Source of the DNA: Octopus bimaculoides
Lineage: Eukaryota
Assembly: GCF_001194135.2 (NCBI RefSeq)
Contig: NC_068987.1
Location: forward strand, 24,579,587 to 24,643,586
DNA length: 64,000 nt
Direction: 5' to 3'
The notes under the pieces were generated by a model. It was not told the DNA's origin. It ran no database searches and saw nothing but the letters and a program-made list of their open reading frames with translations. The position numbers and the translations under genes were made by a program. Numbering within the stretch: position 1 is the first letter of the stretch; the number at the start of each line of letters is the position of its first letter. This document shows, piece after piece, positions 11,383-22,904 of this stretch.

Positions 11383-13207
11383 CCCTTGGAACCTGAAATG
11401 CCAGTACACCGGCACTTTGCCAAGGCCATATATTCCTAAAATGCTGGTCTGCTGGCAATCCAGATGCCTTCATTTTATTACATGCTATAAAAATAGCAAC
11501 TTGAGCCACTTAGCAACCAATCAGCGACCGTGTTATTTCGGGTCTTTGGCATACATAGTCTGTCATGGATTCCTTATTTTGTGCTTGAATTTTGCTGAGA
11601 ATGTCTTCAAAATGTGTCAGTACTGAAGAAGCACTAGCTCAGATTCTTACTGATGATGAAGAGGATTTAGACAAGTCTGATTATGGTAATGAAAGTGATT
11701 TTGTGCGAGAAACTAGCAAAGAATCGCCCAGTGATTCTGACAGCGATCAAGGTGAACTTGTACATAATGTAGACAATGCTGCAGTGCATGCCCAAATACC
11801 CCAGGCTAATAGGAGGGAGAGGGGCTGTAATGGTGGGTGTGGCAGAGGCTTGATGACGGTAGTAAACATGAATATGCCTGCTCCCTGGAGATGAGATACA
11901 GCTGGTTTAACACCAGAGCAGTTTAGTCCTAACCACCCCACAGGCCCAAAGGACATTTTGGTTAGAGAAAGTAATAAGAATGCTGCACATGTCAAGGCTG
12001 CTAAGCCCAATAACTATGCTGCAAAAAAATGGTATGGCACAACAGTAAAAGAGATGAAAGCCTTTTTTGCTTGTAGAGTTGCCATAGAGATGTTAGTTCA
12101 TAAGGATAGGTATGAACAGTGCTGACATACAAAAGGCAGCTTTTTGACATCAACTCCAGGATTTGGGCAAGTCATGGTAAGGGACAGGTTTTTTAGCTAT
12201 ATGGTCAATGTTACACTGTGTTGATGAGGATGATCTTTATGTAAATAAAAAAGACAAAATATATAACTCACGGCCAATTATAGATTATATCTTGCCAAGG
12301 TTTCAAAAATATTTTGTGCCCTGAATGTGAGCTATCTTTAGATGAAGGCATGATTCTGACCAAAAATGCCTTATCCATAAAGCAGTACATCAAAGACAAA
12401 CTCATCCAGTGGGGCTTGAAGACATTCTTGTTAACAGACAGTGCAAATGGTTACATTGTGAATGCTGAAGTGTACACTGAGAGGAGACTGGATGCCCAAG
12501 CAGTTGATAATTTGGGTGTCACGGGGAATCTCGTAGTGCAAATGATGGACGGGTATTAAGCTCTGAACAGATTTTATACATCAGTTGAGCTTGCAGAATA
12601 TTTATTGGATAAAGGCATAGGACTGTGTGGAACAGCCTTGATCAACAGAAGGTCTTTCCCAAAGTGTCAAAAGAACTAACAGGCAAATTAAAAAAGGGGG
12701 AATCAGTGGTTCTGTTCAATGAGAACATTGCAGTGATGGTACGGATGGACAAACACTCTATTTATTTTGTTTCGTCAATTTATGTGGATTCACCCATGAC
12801 CTCAGTCACTAGGTGTGACTGTAATAAACACTGTCCCCTGTCCCCTGTCAGTGAAGAGTTACAATGACTTCATGGGAGGAACAGAAAAAAAACGACTAAT
12901 TGATGTACCTGCCAAAACAGTCAAAGACTATTTTCTGGTGTAACCACTGCAAAGTTTTCCTCTGTATTAGGAAACCAGGATCAAACTGCTGGCACGGTTG
13001 GCACAACAAAGTACAGTATTTGGAGATAAATTAGTGAAAAAAGACTTGAACATCTTGTATTCTATAATTTTTCACCATTTTGTACCTTTGTGTTGTGAAA
13101 CAAGCATGTCTTTCAGCATATATTCAAAAATTAAAAATTTTCAGTGAAACTCATTGGGAGCTTAGGGTGGTGCATTCAATTCCAGTGGGTGGTTAGGGTT
13201 CAAAGGG
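11383..13207 (+). mobile_element. Near full-length dead piggyBac transposon (PGBD4-like transposase) in a NAGA intron
   Basis: TIRs CCCTTGGAACC and GGTTCAAAGGG are flanked by TTGA and TTCA (decayed TTAA). Peptides: acidic N-terminus, RDRFLAIW, DKIYKLRPIID, LSLDEGMI, KQYIKDK..WGLK, RFYTSVELA..L..GLCGT, YNDFMGG. Many stops and frameshifts. Confidence 0.88.
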
Positions 13208-13493
13208 TTCATGTGGTGAGCTGAAAATATCTTTTAATGAGTTGATATAAAAGGAATGGAGGAAGGTAACTTCCTCCTTTCCTCTCTTGGAAGCTCTCAA
13301 AAAACAAAAATGGTTGTAGATGCTATTGTTCCTCCTCCATACAAAAGAAATTCATATAAAAGAAATCCACTTTAGTAGTAGTCAAGTAGTTATATTTTCA
13401 CTCTCTGATATTTCAGAGTAAGATAAATAAAATTGCTGTTCTTTTCAAAATAAAAGCCCACTGCTGTTGTAGAATTTCTGTAGATGGCTAACA

Positions 13494-13725
13494 CAATCAT
13501 GACCAAAAGTTGGGAACATTTTTTTATAAAATTAAAATTGTTATGCTCAAGTACAATTCAATTCAAATATAATAACTGATTCAATGGTTCAATATCTTCT
13601 AATTCAACTATAGGATCAGTTATTAGGTAAGTATATCTTTATGTTATCTATATTTGAATCAAAATGTACTTGGGCATAACAATTTTAATTTTTAGAAAAA
13701 TGTTTAAAACTTTTGGCCATGACTG
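13494..13725. mobile_element. Tc1-type MITE (232 bp, ~60-bp TIRs)
   Basis: CAATCATGACCAAAAGTT...ATGCTCAAGTAC against GTACTTGGGCATAAC...AACTTTTGGCCATGACTG|TA. Confidence 0.8.
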
Positions 13726-13811
13726 TATATTATGAAATATAAGTATATACTTTAATCAAGTATACTCAGATGGTTTAATAAGATGATTCAGTTAGACAGT
13801 TTTATTTTCAG

Positions 13812-13986
13812 ATCCACAGTAAGGGGCTTAAGTTAGGAATCTATGAAGACTTTGGTAGAAAGACTTGTGGTGGTTTCCCAGGTAGTGAGTTTTTCCTGAA
13901 TATTGATGCTGAGACATTTGCTGAATGGGAAGTTGATTTTCTGAAACTAGATGGATGTTATGCTAATACGAACGATATGCCTTTTG
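13812..13986 (+). CDS. NAGA: NAGA exon (175 bp) with the catalytic nucleophile motif
   Basis: ttttcag|ATCCAC...TTTG|gtaagt. Encodes IHSKGLKLGIYEDFGRKTCGGFPGSEFFLNIDAETFAEWEVDFLKLDGCYANTNDMPF(G). KLDGC holds the nucleophile Asp. Phase 0 to phase 1. Confidence 0.95.
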
Positions 13987-14516
13987 GTAAGTATCATTCC
14001 ATTCTTCAGTTACTTACTAGTTACTGAAAGATTTTGAAATTAACCTCTCTTGCTTGTCATTATCATTTTTCTCCGCTTGGCTTAACTCTAGCCAGTAGTC
14101 TTTGAGTACTTTCGTCAGAGGCTTCTGTTGTATGTAAAAAAAAAGACAAGTCTCATCTTTCCATACTTTAATTCCTGCAAACATTGATTTGAAGACATTC
14201 AAACTGAGTATTAAATTTCACTGGTCTCATCAGGTTGAGAGGGTTTATATAAGTCATTGACATTGACTCTTCACCTTTAACTAAATTATAAAATAAAAAA
14301 AAAGAAAAGAAAAAGGAAAATGGTTCAACATGATAGAAAAGATACTATTTTAGATTGGCCTTGTGGTTAAGAAACTTGCAACCACAAGGTTTTGGTTTTA
14401 TTCCCAATGAATAGCATTATGGACAAGATGTCTTCAATTATAGCCTTAGCCAACCAGTTTTGTATGAGTGAAAGTGGTAGAAGGAAACTGTATGATGGCC
14501 TGTCATATTTGTATAG

Positions 14517-14558
<42 letters not shown>

Positions 14559-14625
14559 TTTCTCATTTATATCTTAGTATTGTTTATCTGCTTAGTGTAA
14601 AATAATGTCATTACTTAACTGGTAG

Positions 14626-15017
14626 GTGGAGACGCAATGGCCCAGTGGTTAGGGCAGCAGACTCGCGGTCATAGGATCGCGGTTTCGATTCCCAGACCGG
14701 GCGTTGTGAGTGTTTAATTAGCGAAAACACCTAAAGCTCCATGAGGCTCTGGCAGGGGATGGTGGCGAACTCTGCTGTACTCTTCCACCACAACTTTCTC
14801 TCACTCTTACTTCCTGTTTCTGTTGTGCCTGTAATTCAAAGGGTCAGCTTTGTCACAGTGTGTCACGCTGAATATCCCCGAAAACTATGTTAAGGGTACA
14901 CGTGTCTGTGGAGTGCTCAGCCAATTGCACGTTAACTTCACGAGCAGGCTGTTCCGTTGATCAGATCAACTGGAACCCTCGACGTCGTAAGCGACAGAGT
15001 GCCAACACACACAACAC
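14626..15017 (+). mobile_element. Full-length tRNA-derived SINE with a perfect 13-bp TSD
   Basis: A box TGGCCCAGTGG, B box GGTTTCGATTCC and an (AC)-rich tail. TSD ACTTAACTGGTAG at 14613-14625 and 15018-15030. Confidence 0.92.
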
Positions 15018-15666
15018 ACTTAACTGGTAGAGTCATTGATTGCATCTGCTGTGAAATCTTATTCAGCCTTTGAATGGCTAGTTTGTTGCTTGAAAGATGA
15101 GGATGTAAATAACAATATTTGTGATACAGTTGTTGTTATGTTGAGAATATGGAATTCTCAGGCCTATTGTTGCTTTGTTGAGGGTGGGAAACCCCCAAGT
15201 CAGTCTTTGCTATGTTGAGAATGTGATAGCTCCAGGCCAGTTATAATGATGTAATTTTTGCTATGTTGAAAATGTGAAATCTTCAGGCCAGTTTTCACGA
15301 CTCAGTTCTTGCTAAATTCAGGATGTGACATACCTAGGTCAGTTTTTGCTGTGTTGAGGATCTGAAAATCCCACGTCATCTTTGTGACTCAATCTTTGCT
15401 ACATTGCAGTTGAGATCCCAACTTTTGTGCTGTAATCTGTATTCTACTGACGTTGTGAGATTCTCAGGCTAAACTTTGTAATATAGTCTTTGCTATATTG
15501 CAGTTGTGAGATCCCCAGTCCAGCCTTTGTGATGTAATCTTTGCTCTACTAAGGTTATGAAATCCTCAAAGCCAAGCTTTGTGATACAGTCTTTGTTGTA
15601 TTGAGATTGTTATAAAATGTTCATAAGTAAAACTAACGTCTTTATCATTTCTTATATGTTAATCAG

Positions 15667-15749
15667 GTTATCCTTTAATGGAATTCTTTCTCAACTTGAC
15701 GGGTAGACCAATTCTTTATTCTTGCAGCTGGCCAGCTTATGTTTCTAAG
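15667..15749 (+). CDS. NAGA: NAGA exon (83 bp) with the substrate-specificity loop
   Basis: aatcag|GTTAT...TCTAAG|gtaac. Encodes (G)[27 protein letters not shown]. Phase 1 to phase 0, matching both neighbours. Confidence 0.93.
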
Positions 15750-15984
15750 GTAACATATGTAATTCTAAACACTACATTGTACAATATTTAATTCTATATT
15801 CACTGCATACCACTGTATTTCTATTTTCACTACATCTTACTCTATTCTTGTAGTTACTATATCCTACAATATTTATTTCTCCATTTACTGTAAGCATATT
15901 TAATTCTATATATACTACAACCTACTATATTCAATTCTATATTCATTGCATGCTACTATACTATTTCCGGTATTCACTACAGGC

Positions 15985-16570
15985 ACAGGCATATGTATGG
16001 TTAAGAAGTTTGTTTCCAAACCACATAATTTTGGATTCAGTTCCATTGCAAGACACTTAGTTGCCAACCTAATACATTCCTTGTAGTCTGGTCATGGGTG
16101 TTGATTCCTGGACCAGGTAGCATGTTGTGTCTTTGAATATGACACTTCATGTCTTGTTCCAGTTTCCTTAGCTGAAAAAATGTACCAGCCAACTGCTGCT
16201 GCCCCTCCTCCTCCTCCTCCTCCAACTGTTGCATTCTCAATGTTAGGGGTGAACGAGAGCAACCAGTGTCCACGTGTTGATGGAATGACATCATCAGTGT
16301 TTAAGTGGATGTAGTAGATGGAATCTGTCTTTCTGAGTGTGTGTATGTTTGTGTTTCTTTTTTCTTGACATCATGTGATAGCTGGAAAGGAGTATCACTG
16401 TCATGCAAACAGTGTTATTTATTTCCAATATACTATGAAGACATGTTTGACTATGGTGAAATATTAACTTGGAAACAAATGAGGGTTGTTGACAGGAAGG
16501 GTACCGAGCTGTAAAAAAATCTGCCTCAATAAAAACCACCTGGCACATGCAAGCATGGAAAACTGGACAT
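15985..16570 (+). mobile_element. SINE whose middle is replaced by a 252-bp insertion (16055-16306)
   Basis: Head GGTTAAGAAGTTTG...CCATTGCAAGACAC, the SINE resumes at GGATGTAGTAGATGGAA, and the 3' part ends GCAAGCATGGAAAACTGGACATTA. Confidence 0.7.
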
Positions 16571-17369
16571 TACAATCTGGTATATTTGTATCTATATATA
16601 AAGTCAGCTGCATCAAGAAATGCCAATCTGTAATTGTGGAGGGAATGTGTGGAGTGGGTAGACCTAGGAAGATGTGGGATGAAGTGATAAGAAAGGATTT
16701 TCAGATGTTGGGCCTCACAGGGAAGATGACAAGGGACTGAAACTTCTGGTGGTTTGCTCTTCTTGGAAAGACTCGTCAAGCTAAGTAAAATTGTGGCTGT
16801 CCATGCATACAGGCATGTACATCCCTCTCTCAGCTGAATGATCCTAATCTTGTGTGCTTGCGGGTGCTGGCATCATGTAAAAGCACCCACATCAGTCTTG
16901 CATAAAGTACACATGTTGGTGCCATGTAATGACACCTGTGTTGGTGCCATGTAAAACACCTGTATCAGTGCCATGTAAAGACACCCATGCTGGTGCCATG
17001 TAAAAGCACTCAGCACACTCTGTAAATTTGTTGGTATTAGGAAGGAAGGGCATCCAGTTGTAGAACCCAAGCTAAAACAAACAAGTAGAGCTCAGGCAGC
17101 TCTTCAGCACATGATGGTAAGGATCATAAGATGGTCTGTACAACAAAGCCTTGATACCTTATATTTGTCCAACCCATGCTAGCTTGGAAAATCAGAAGTA
17201 AAAATAGATGAATGAATGTATGTGTTTATTATTATTTATTTTTTGGTTTGGTCTGGAGGAAGTGACTGTACTTATGATTGACAGAGATCCTTGAAAACTA
17301 AGTTAGGTTGGCTAAAGAATTTGGATATCTGATTTACATAAGAAACAAATAGTTAACTCAAGGTGTAAG

Positions 17370-17803
17370 CATGGCTGTGTGGTTAGGAAGCTCACTTTGC
17401 AACTATGTGGTTTCAGGTTCAGTCCTACTGTATAGCTCCTTGGGATAGTGTCTTCTACTATTGTCTTGGACCAACAAATGTTTTGTGAGTGAATTTGGTA
17501 GACGAAAAGTATATGGAAACTTGTATATATATATATGAACAGCCATGCTACATGGCAGTGAAACATGGGCTGTAACTGCTGAGGACATACGTAAGCTCGC
17601 AAGGAATGAAGCCAGTATGCTCCGTTGGATGTGTAATGTCAATGTGAATACCTGTCAGAGTGTAAGTATCTTGAGAGAAAAGCTGAACATTAGAAGCATC
17701 AGTTGTGGTGTGCAAGAGAGACGATTGCGCTGGTATGGACATGTGGTGAGAATGGATGAGGATAGCTGCGTGAAAAAGTGCCACACCCTAACAGTTGAGG
17801 GAA
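17370..17803 (+). mobile_element. SINE followed by an RTE LINE ORF2 fragment that runs into a gap
   Basis: ORF 17545: MLHGSETWAVTAEDIRKLARNEASMLRWMCNV...RLRWYGHVVRMDEDSCVKKC, an RTE C-terminal region without stops. Confidence 0.88.
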
Positions 17804-19375
17804 CNNNNNNNNNNNNNNNNNNNNNNNNNNNNNNNNNNNNNNNNNNNNNNNNNNNNNNNNNNNNNNNNNNNNNNNNNNNNNNNNNNNNNNNNNNNNNNNN
17901 NNNNNNNNNNNNNNNNNNNNNNNNNNNNNNNNNNNNNNNNNNNNNNNNNNNNNNNNNNNNNNNNNNNNNNNNNNNNNNNNNNNNNNNNNNNNNNNNNNNN
18001 NNNNNNNNNNNNNNNNNNNNNNNNNNNNNNNNNNNNNNNNNNNNNNNNNNNNNNNNNNNNNNNNNNNNNNNNNNNNNNNNNNNNNNNNNNNNNNNNNNNN
18101 NNNNNNNNNNNNNNNNNNNNNNNNNNNNNNNNNNNNNNNNNNNNNNNNNNNNNNNNNNNNNNNNNNNNNNNNNNNNNNNNNNNNNNNNNNNNNNNNNNNN
18201 NNNNNNNNNNNNNNNNNNNNNNNNNNNNNNNNNNNNNNNNNNNNNNNNNNNNNNNNNNNNNNNNNNNNNNNNNNNNNNNNNNNNNNNNNNNNNNNNNNNN
18301 NNNNNNNNNNNNNNNNNNNNNTATATATTTATATATATAAAGCAATGGTTATGTTATGAATTTGTAGATAACTAGAAATAATTTTGTGAGAAATCTTCCT
18401 TTCTGTAACTGTTTGACTGCATATGGTGAACATAGGAAGAATAATTTCATTTTTGTTCATGAGCCTGAATTTCAATTTTGTACAATTCATTAATGGCAGC
18501 TAATTCAACATTACTGCTGTATGTACCATCCCAACTCCTGTATGCTTGGTATTCCTGCATTGTACTATTAGGAATAAAAGAATGAAAATACTTCCAATTA
18601 TTGCATATGTATTGTCTAGACTCTTCCCAGAGTGTTCAGTCATTTCTATTGTTTTTGAACAAGAGTGACACAGCTCTGAACATACAGCTACCATCACCCA
18701 TGACTTTATTAAAGGAGTGAATTAATGAATTAATGTAATTGTTGAATATTTTTCAATAAATTCAGTAAGGGACTTCACCTTCTGTTTAAACTTTAGATGG
18801 TTATATGAACAGAATATGATGGAAAATTACAACACCACTATCTTTCTATCTTTGCAATAGTTGAATGAGTGATTATAATCTTGTAAATTATAAAAAAACA
18901 AATTAATAAGGTACTTCACCTTCAGTGTTGACTTGAAAAGAAAAGTAAATTGACTCGAAGTATTTAGCAGATGATAACTTTTTCATTGTCTGTTCATAAA
19001 TGGAAAAAAAGGATTTTATAAGTTATAAGATAAGATGCACGACAAGAGGAATACACACAGTCACCCCCCCACCCTACATGCACATTTGCAAACACAAACA
19101 CAGACACACATGCACATACACATACAAGCTTCCAGTATTCAACTACAAACTTTCATTTACAAGGTCAACCTGCAGCTATTGGAGAGGAAACCAGTCGGAA
19201 GTATCCATGTAGTGGGAGCCAATCCTAAATCATGTGGTTCTGAAGTAAACTTCTCTTAACCACACACCCATCATTAAAAGGAATTAAGGAATTTATTAGC
19301 AAAAATTACAGAGATGTACTTGCATAGCAAGTGACCTGATGTGAGATCGTGTGCTGGAACGAAAACAATTGCAGC

Positions 19376-19637
19376 GTGGAAGGTGTTTATAAGCCATTTA
19401 AAGTAACACACAAAAGCCGTCAGATTCACTTCAACATTTAAATTTAATTTGTGAAAATATTTTCGTCGCTTTGAGACCACGACCTGTTCACTGACAAAAT
19501 TGATGCAGCACAATTTTGTCAGTGAATATGTCGCGGTCTTAAAGCGACGAAAATATTTTGACAAATTAAATTTAAATGTTGAAGTGAATCTGACGGCTTT
19601 TGTGTGTTATTTTAAATGGCTTATAAACACCTTCCAC
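19376..19637. repeat. Near-perfect 262-bp palindrome (127-bp arms, 8-bp spacer)
   Basis: GTGGAAGGTGTTTATAAGCC...GACAAAATTG atgcagca CAATTTTGTC...GGCTTATAAACACCTTCCAC, about 6 mismatches by eye. Confidence 0.93.
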
Positions 19638-19941
19638 ATTAGCAAAAATGTTTTTACTTTAAATCACTGATTCCTAAGTTATAGGTTGTGGTAGGTAAAT
19701 TTAGAAAGCATCATGAAGACAAAATATATTATGAAATATTTAGTAAAATGCAAAATATTCATGCTGTAGGTATAAGGGTTACTACATGACATTTATTAAA
19801 ATTGTTTTTAATTTAAATATTGAGCCAAAAGTGTTTGTGGCGGATTATTGGTTTTTCAAAGTTATTTGAAATGGTAAATGCAGTTTTATGTGTTATCAAT
19901 TACTAGTTTTCAATTATAATTTTTCTTTTACTCTGTTTCAG

Positions 19942-20103
19942 CCTGACTACAATGCTATTGCAAAATCATGTAACATTTGGCGTAACTACCATGATATTGA
20001 GGATTCTTGGGCTAGCATTGCATCAATCATTAAACACTATGGAGATAATAATGAAAAGTTTGCTGAAGTTGCTAAACCAGGACAATTTAATGATCCGGAC
20101 ATG
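19942..20103 (+). CDS. NAGA: NAGA exon (162 bp) with the acid/base motif
   Basis: gtttcag|CCTGAC...GACATG|gtaaat. Encodes PDYNAIAKSCNIWRNYHDIEDSWASIASIIKHYGDNNEKFAEVAKPGQFNDPDM, with the WRNYHDI and NDPDM motifs. Confidence 0.95.
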
Positions 20104-20934
20104 GTAAATTATTTTGACATTTCTCTTCTTGAAATTGCTTTATATAGTCGAGTTTAAGTCTATATAGGATTTTTTTTTTCCTTATTGGGCCTGGGGGGAA
20201 GGGGTATTACCCATGGCTTGCACAGGATTTTCCAAACTAATGAGGGTGATACTATTAATGTTCTTAAACCACTGTAAGTTAACAGGAGGAGATTTAGCTA
20301 TTGTTTCTTACAGGTTGATAGGTTGGTTACATATTTACTCTCTCATTGGCTCAAAATTTCATTAAGTAGGCTAAGTATCTTCATGGGAAGCAGGAAAAAT
20401 TATGTTGTTAAGAAGTTTGCTTTATAATTGTACACCTTCAATTTTGATCTCATTGCTTAACAGCAACATTGGACAGTAACTTCTGCTATGGATTCAAGGT
20501 AAGCAAAGTCTTGTGAGTAAAAGTTGAAGCTTGTTGAAAGTACTTTTCATGTTCTCGCATGATAGCTTTAACCTGTTATCCTATTAAATACCATCACTTG
20601 GCTCCTGGGTGCCCTTAGGGTAGTCCACTCTGTTGCAAGTATTCAAGCAAGGACTCAGAATTTAGTCTTGAAGACCCTGAGAAAGATGTTGATGCCAAAA
20701 TGTTTATTGACTAGCGGGACCCATGAATATTTCATAGAATCAATGGTAAACCTATTGAGTTATTTCTGAAAACTTTATCCCAAAATCCTGAAAGTGTAGC
20801 CTGTGTTGTATCTATACGGAAAGATAGTCACTCATCTGATAATCACTGAAAAGTGAAGGATGATTACTTAATGCACTTTATATACTTTATGCACAATTTT
20901 TTAGACTTTATACACAGCACTCAATGAAGCAGCA

Positions 20935-21535
20935 CAAGAAATGGCTTAGCCCTGGTAAACAAGTGACACCGCGCATGAAACAAGATCTTCATCCGCTTAA
21001 AATAATGTTGTGTTTATGGTGGGACTAGGAAGGGATTATCTATTACGAATTGCTTGAATGGAACCAAACAGTCAATGTGGAACTCTATGTTCAAAAGATG
21101 GAACGACTCAACATGGCTATTCAAGAGAAAAGACCTAATTGGCAGCATGGAGTTCTGCTGCACGACAACACCTGCCCTCATATTGCCAATATGACCAAGG
21201 AAGCCATTCAAACGCATGGCTGGGAAGTGCTGCCACACCTGCCGTACTCTCCTGATTTGGCACCAATGGATTTCCACCTCTTTTGATCTCTTTCAAATAC
21301 TATGCACAGTTTCATTCAATATTGATGCAGAATTGAGAGCTTGGTTGGATCAATTTTTCAAGTCGAAATCGGGTGATTTCTACCAATGAGGTATTGAAAA
21401 TCTTGTTAAACGTTGGGAAGAAGTTGTAACAAACAAGGATGAATACATTATTGATTAATTAGTTGTTATTTTTTATTAAACCTTTTAAAAAATAGAAATT
21501 TTAAAAAACTGCGGGAACTTAGTTGCCAACCTAAT
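20935..21535 (+). mobile_element. Mariner (DD34D) transposase 3' fragment with the right TIR
   Basis: MLCLWWD.EGIIYYELL; LLHDN-(34 aa)-PYSPDLAPMDFHLF; end GGAACTTAGTTGCCAACCTAA|TA. Confidence 0.88.
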
Positions 21536-21705
21536 ACATTCCTTGTAGTCTGGTCATGGGTGTTGATTCCTGGACCAGGTAGCATGTTGTGTCTTTGAAT
21601 ATGACACTTCATGTCTTGTTCCAGTTTCCTTAGCTGAAAAAATGTACCAGCCAACTGCTGCTGCCCCTCCTCCTCCTCCTCCAACTGTTGCATTCTCAAT
21701 GTTAG

Positions 21706-22208
21706 GGGTGAACGAGAGCAACCAGTGTCCACGTGTTGATGGAATGACATCATCAGTGTTTAAGTTTCAATTTTATAACAGGCAAAAAGAAAAAGACAGA
21801 AAAAAAGAGGAAAGAAAAACGAAAAGGAAAAAGAAGAATATTTAATCAAGCAGTTTTGTATAAATTTGATGATATTCTATCATTTTATTCATTCCTCCAG
21901 GGCATGATGTTAATAACCCGCAAACATATTTCTCCTCATGCGTTCTGAGAAGTGCAAATGAAACAGATTCAGAATATGCATGAAGAGAAATATGTTTGTG
22001 GGTTATTAATATCACGCCCTGGAGGAATGAATAAAATGACAGGAGAATATCATCAGATTCATACAAAACTGTTTGATTAAATATTTTTTTTCTTTTTTTT
22101 CCTTCCTCTTTTTTTCTGTCTTTTTCTTTTTACTTGTTATAAAATTGAAACTTAAAGACTGATGATGCCATTCCATCAATGTGTGGATGCTGGTTGTTCT
22201 TGTTCATA
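21706..22208. mobile_element. Fold-back element (MITE) with ~225-bp imperfect arms
   Basis: TGAACGAGAGCAACCAG...GCAAACATATTTCTCCTCATGC pairs with GCATGAAGAGAAATATGTTTGT...CTGGTTGTTCTTGTTCA, with a spacer of about 37 bp. Confidence 0.85.
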
Positions 22209-22378
22209 CTTTAAATTTAAATTTCTATAATTTTGAATTTTTATCACCTCTTATTTTGAACTTGACAAAGACAGACTTACTGTCGAAATATCGTTCAACC
22301 AATAAAATATCTATTACAATTGAATTGTGCTCTTCGTCTAGACTATTATCATCACCATCATCATCATCATCATCATGA

Positions 22379-22591
22379 AGGTGGTGAGCTAGCAGTATCG
22401 TTAGCATGCGGGGTGAAATGCTTAGCAGTATTTTGTCTACGGCTATGTTCCGAGTTCAAATTCTGCCAAGGTTGACTTTGCTTTTCATCCTTTTGGGGTC
22501 GATAAATCAAGTACCAGTTGAGTACTGGGGTTGATGTGATCAACTGTCCCCCTCCACACAAAATCCAGGCTTTGTGCCTATAGAAGAAAGG

Positions 22592-22626
<35 letters not shown>

Positions 22627-22839
22627 GGTAGCAAGCTGGCAGAATCATTAGCATGCCAGGTAAAATGTTTAGCAGTATTTTGTCCAACTGTATGTTCTGA
22701 GTTCAAATTCTGCTGAGGTCAACTTTGCCTTTCATCCTTTTGGGGTTGATAATTTAAGTACCTGCAAAACCCTGGGGTCATTGCAATTGACTAGTCCCCT
22801 CCCTCAAAATTTCAGGCCTTGTGCCTATAGTAGAAAGGA

Positions 22840-22901
<62 letters not shown>
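22379..22901 (+). mobile_element. Two tandem tRNA-derived SINEs, each ending in (ATT)n
   Basis: GGTGGTGAGCTAGCAG...GAGTTCAAATTC...GTGCCTATAG(T)AGAAAGGAT(TAT)n at 22379-22624 and 22626-22901. Confidence 0.85.

Positions 22902-22904
<3 letters not shown>

Noticed and set aside
14634-14705. tRNA-like sequence, also at 53950, 10060-10125 and 22380
   Set aside because: These are SINE heads: they continue into shared SINE bodies, lack a proper acceptor stem, and one has a TSD.
16037-16294. Duplicated minus-strand ORF MMSFHQH...EEEEE (also 21466-21753) as a small gene
   Set aside because: It arises from the local 250-bp duplication and a (CCT)n tract, with no recognisable domain or splice context.
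16866-17010. Short palindromic repeats with short spacers, superficially CRISPR-like
   Set aside because: Eukaryotic context, degenerate repeats, spacers of only a few bases and no cas genes. They are part of the RTE 3'UTR.
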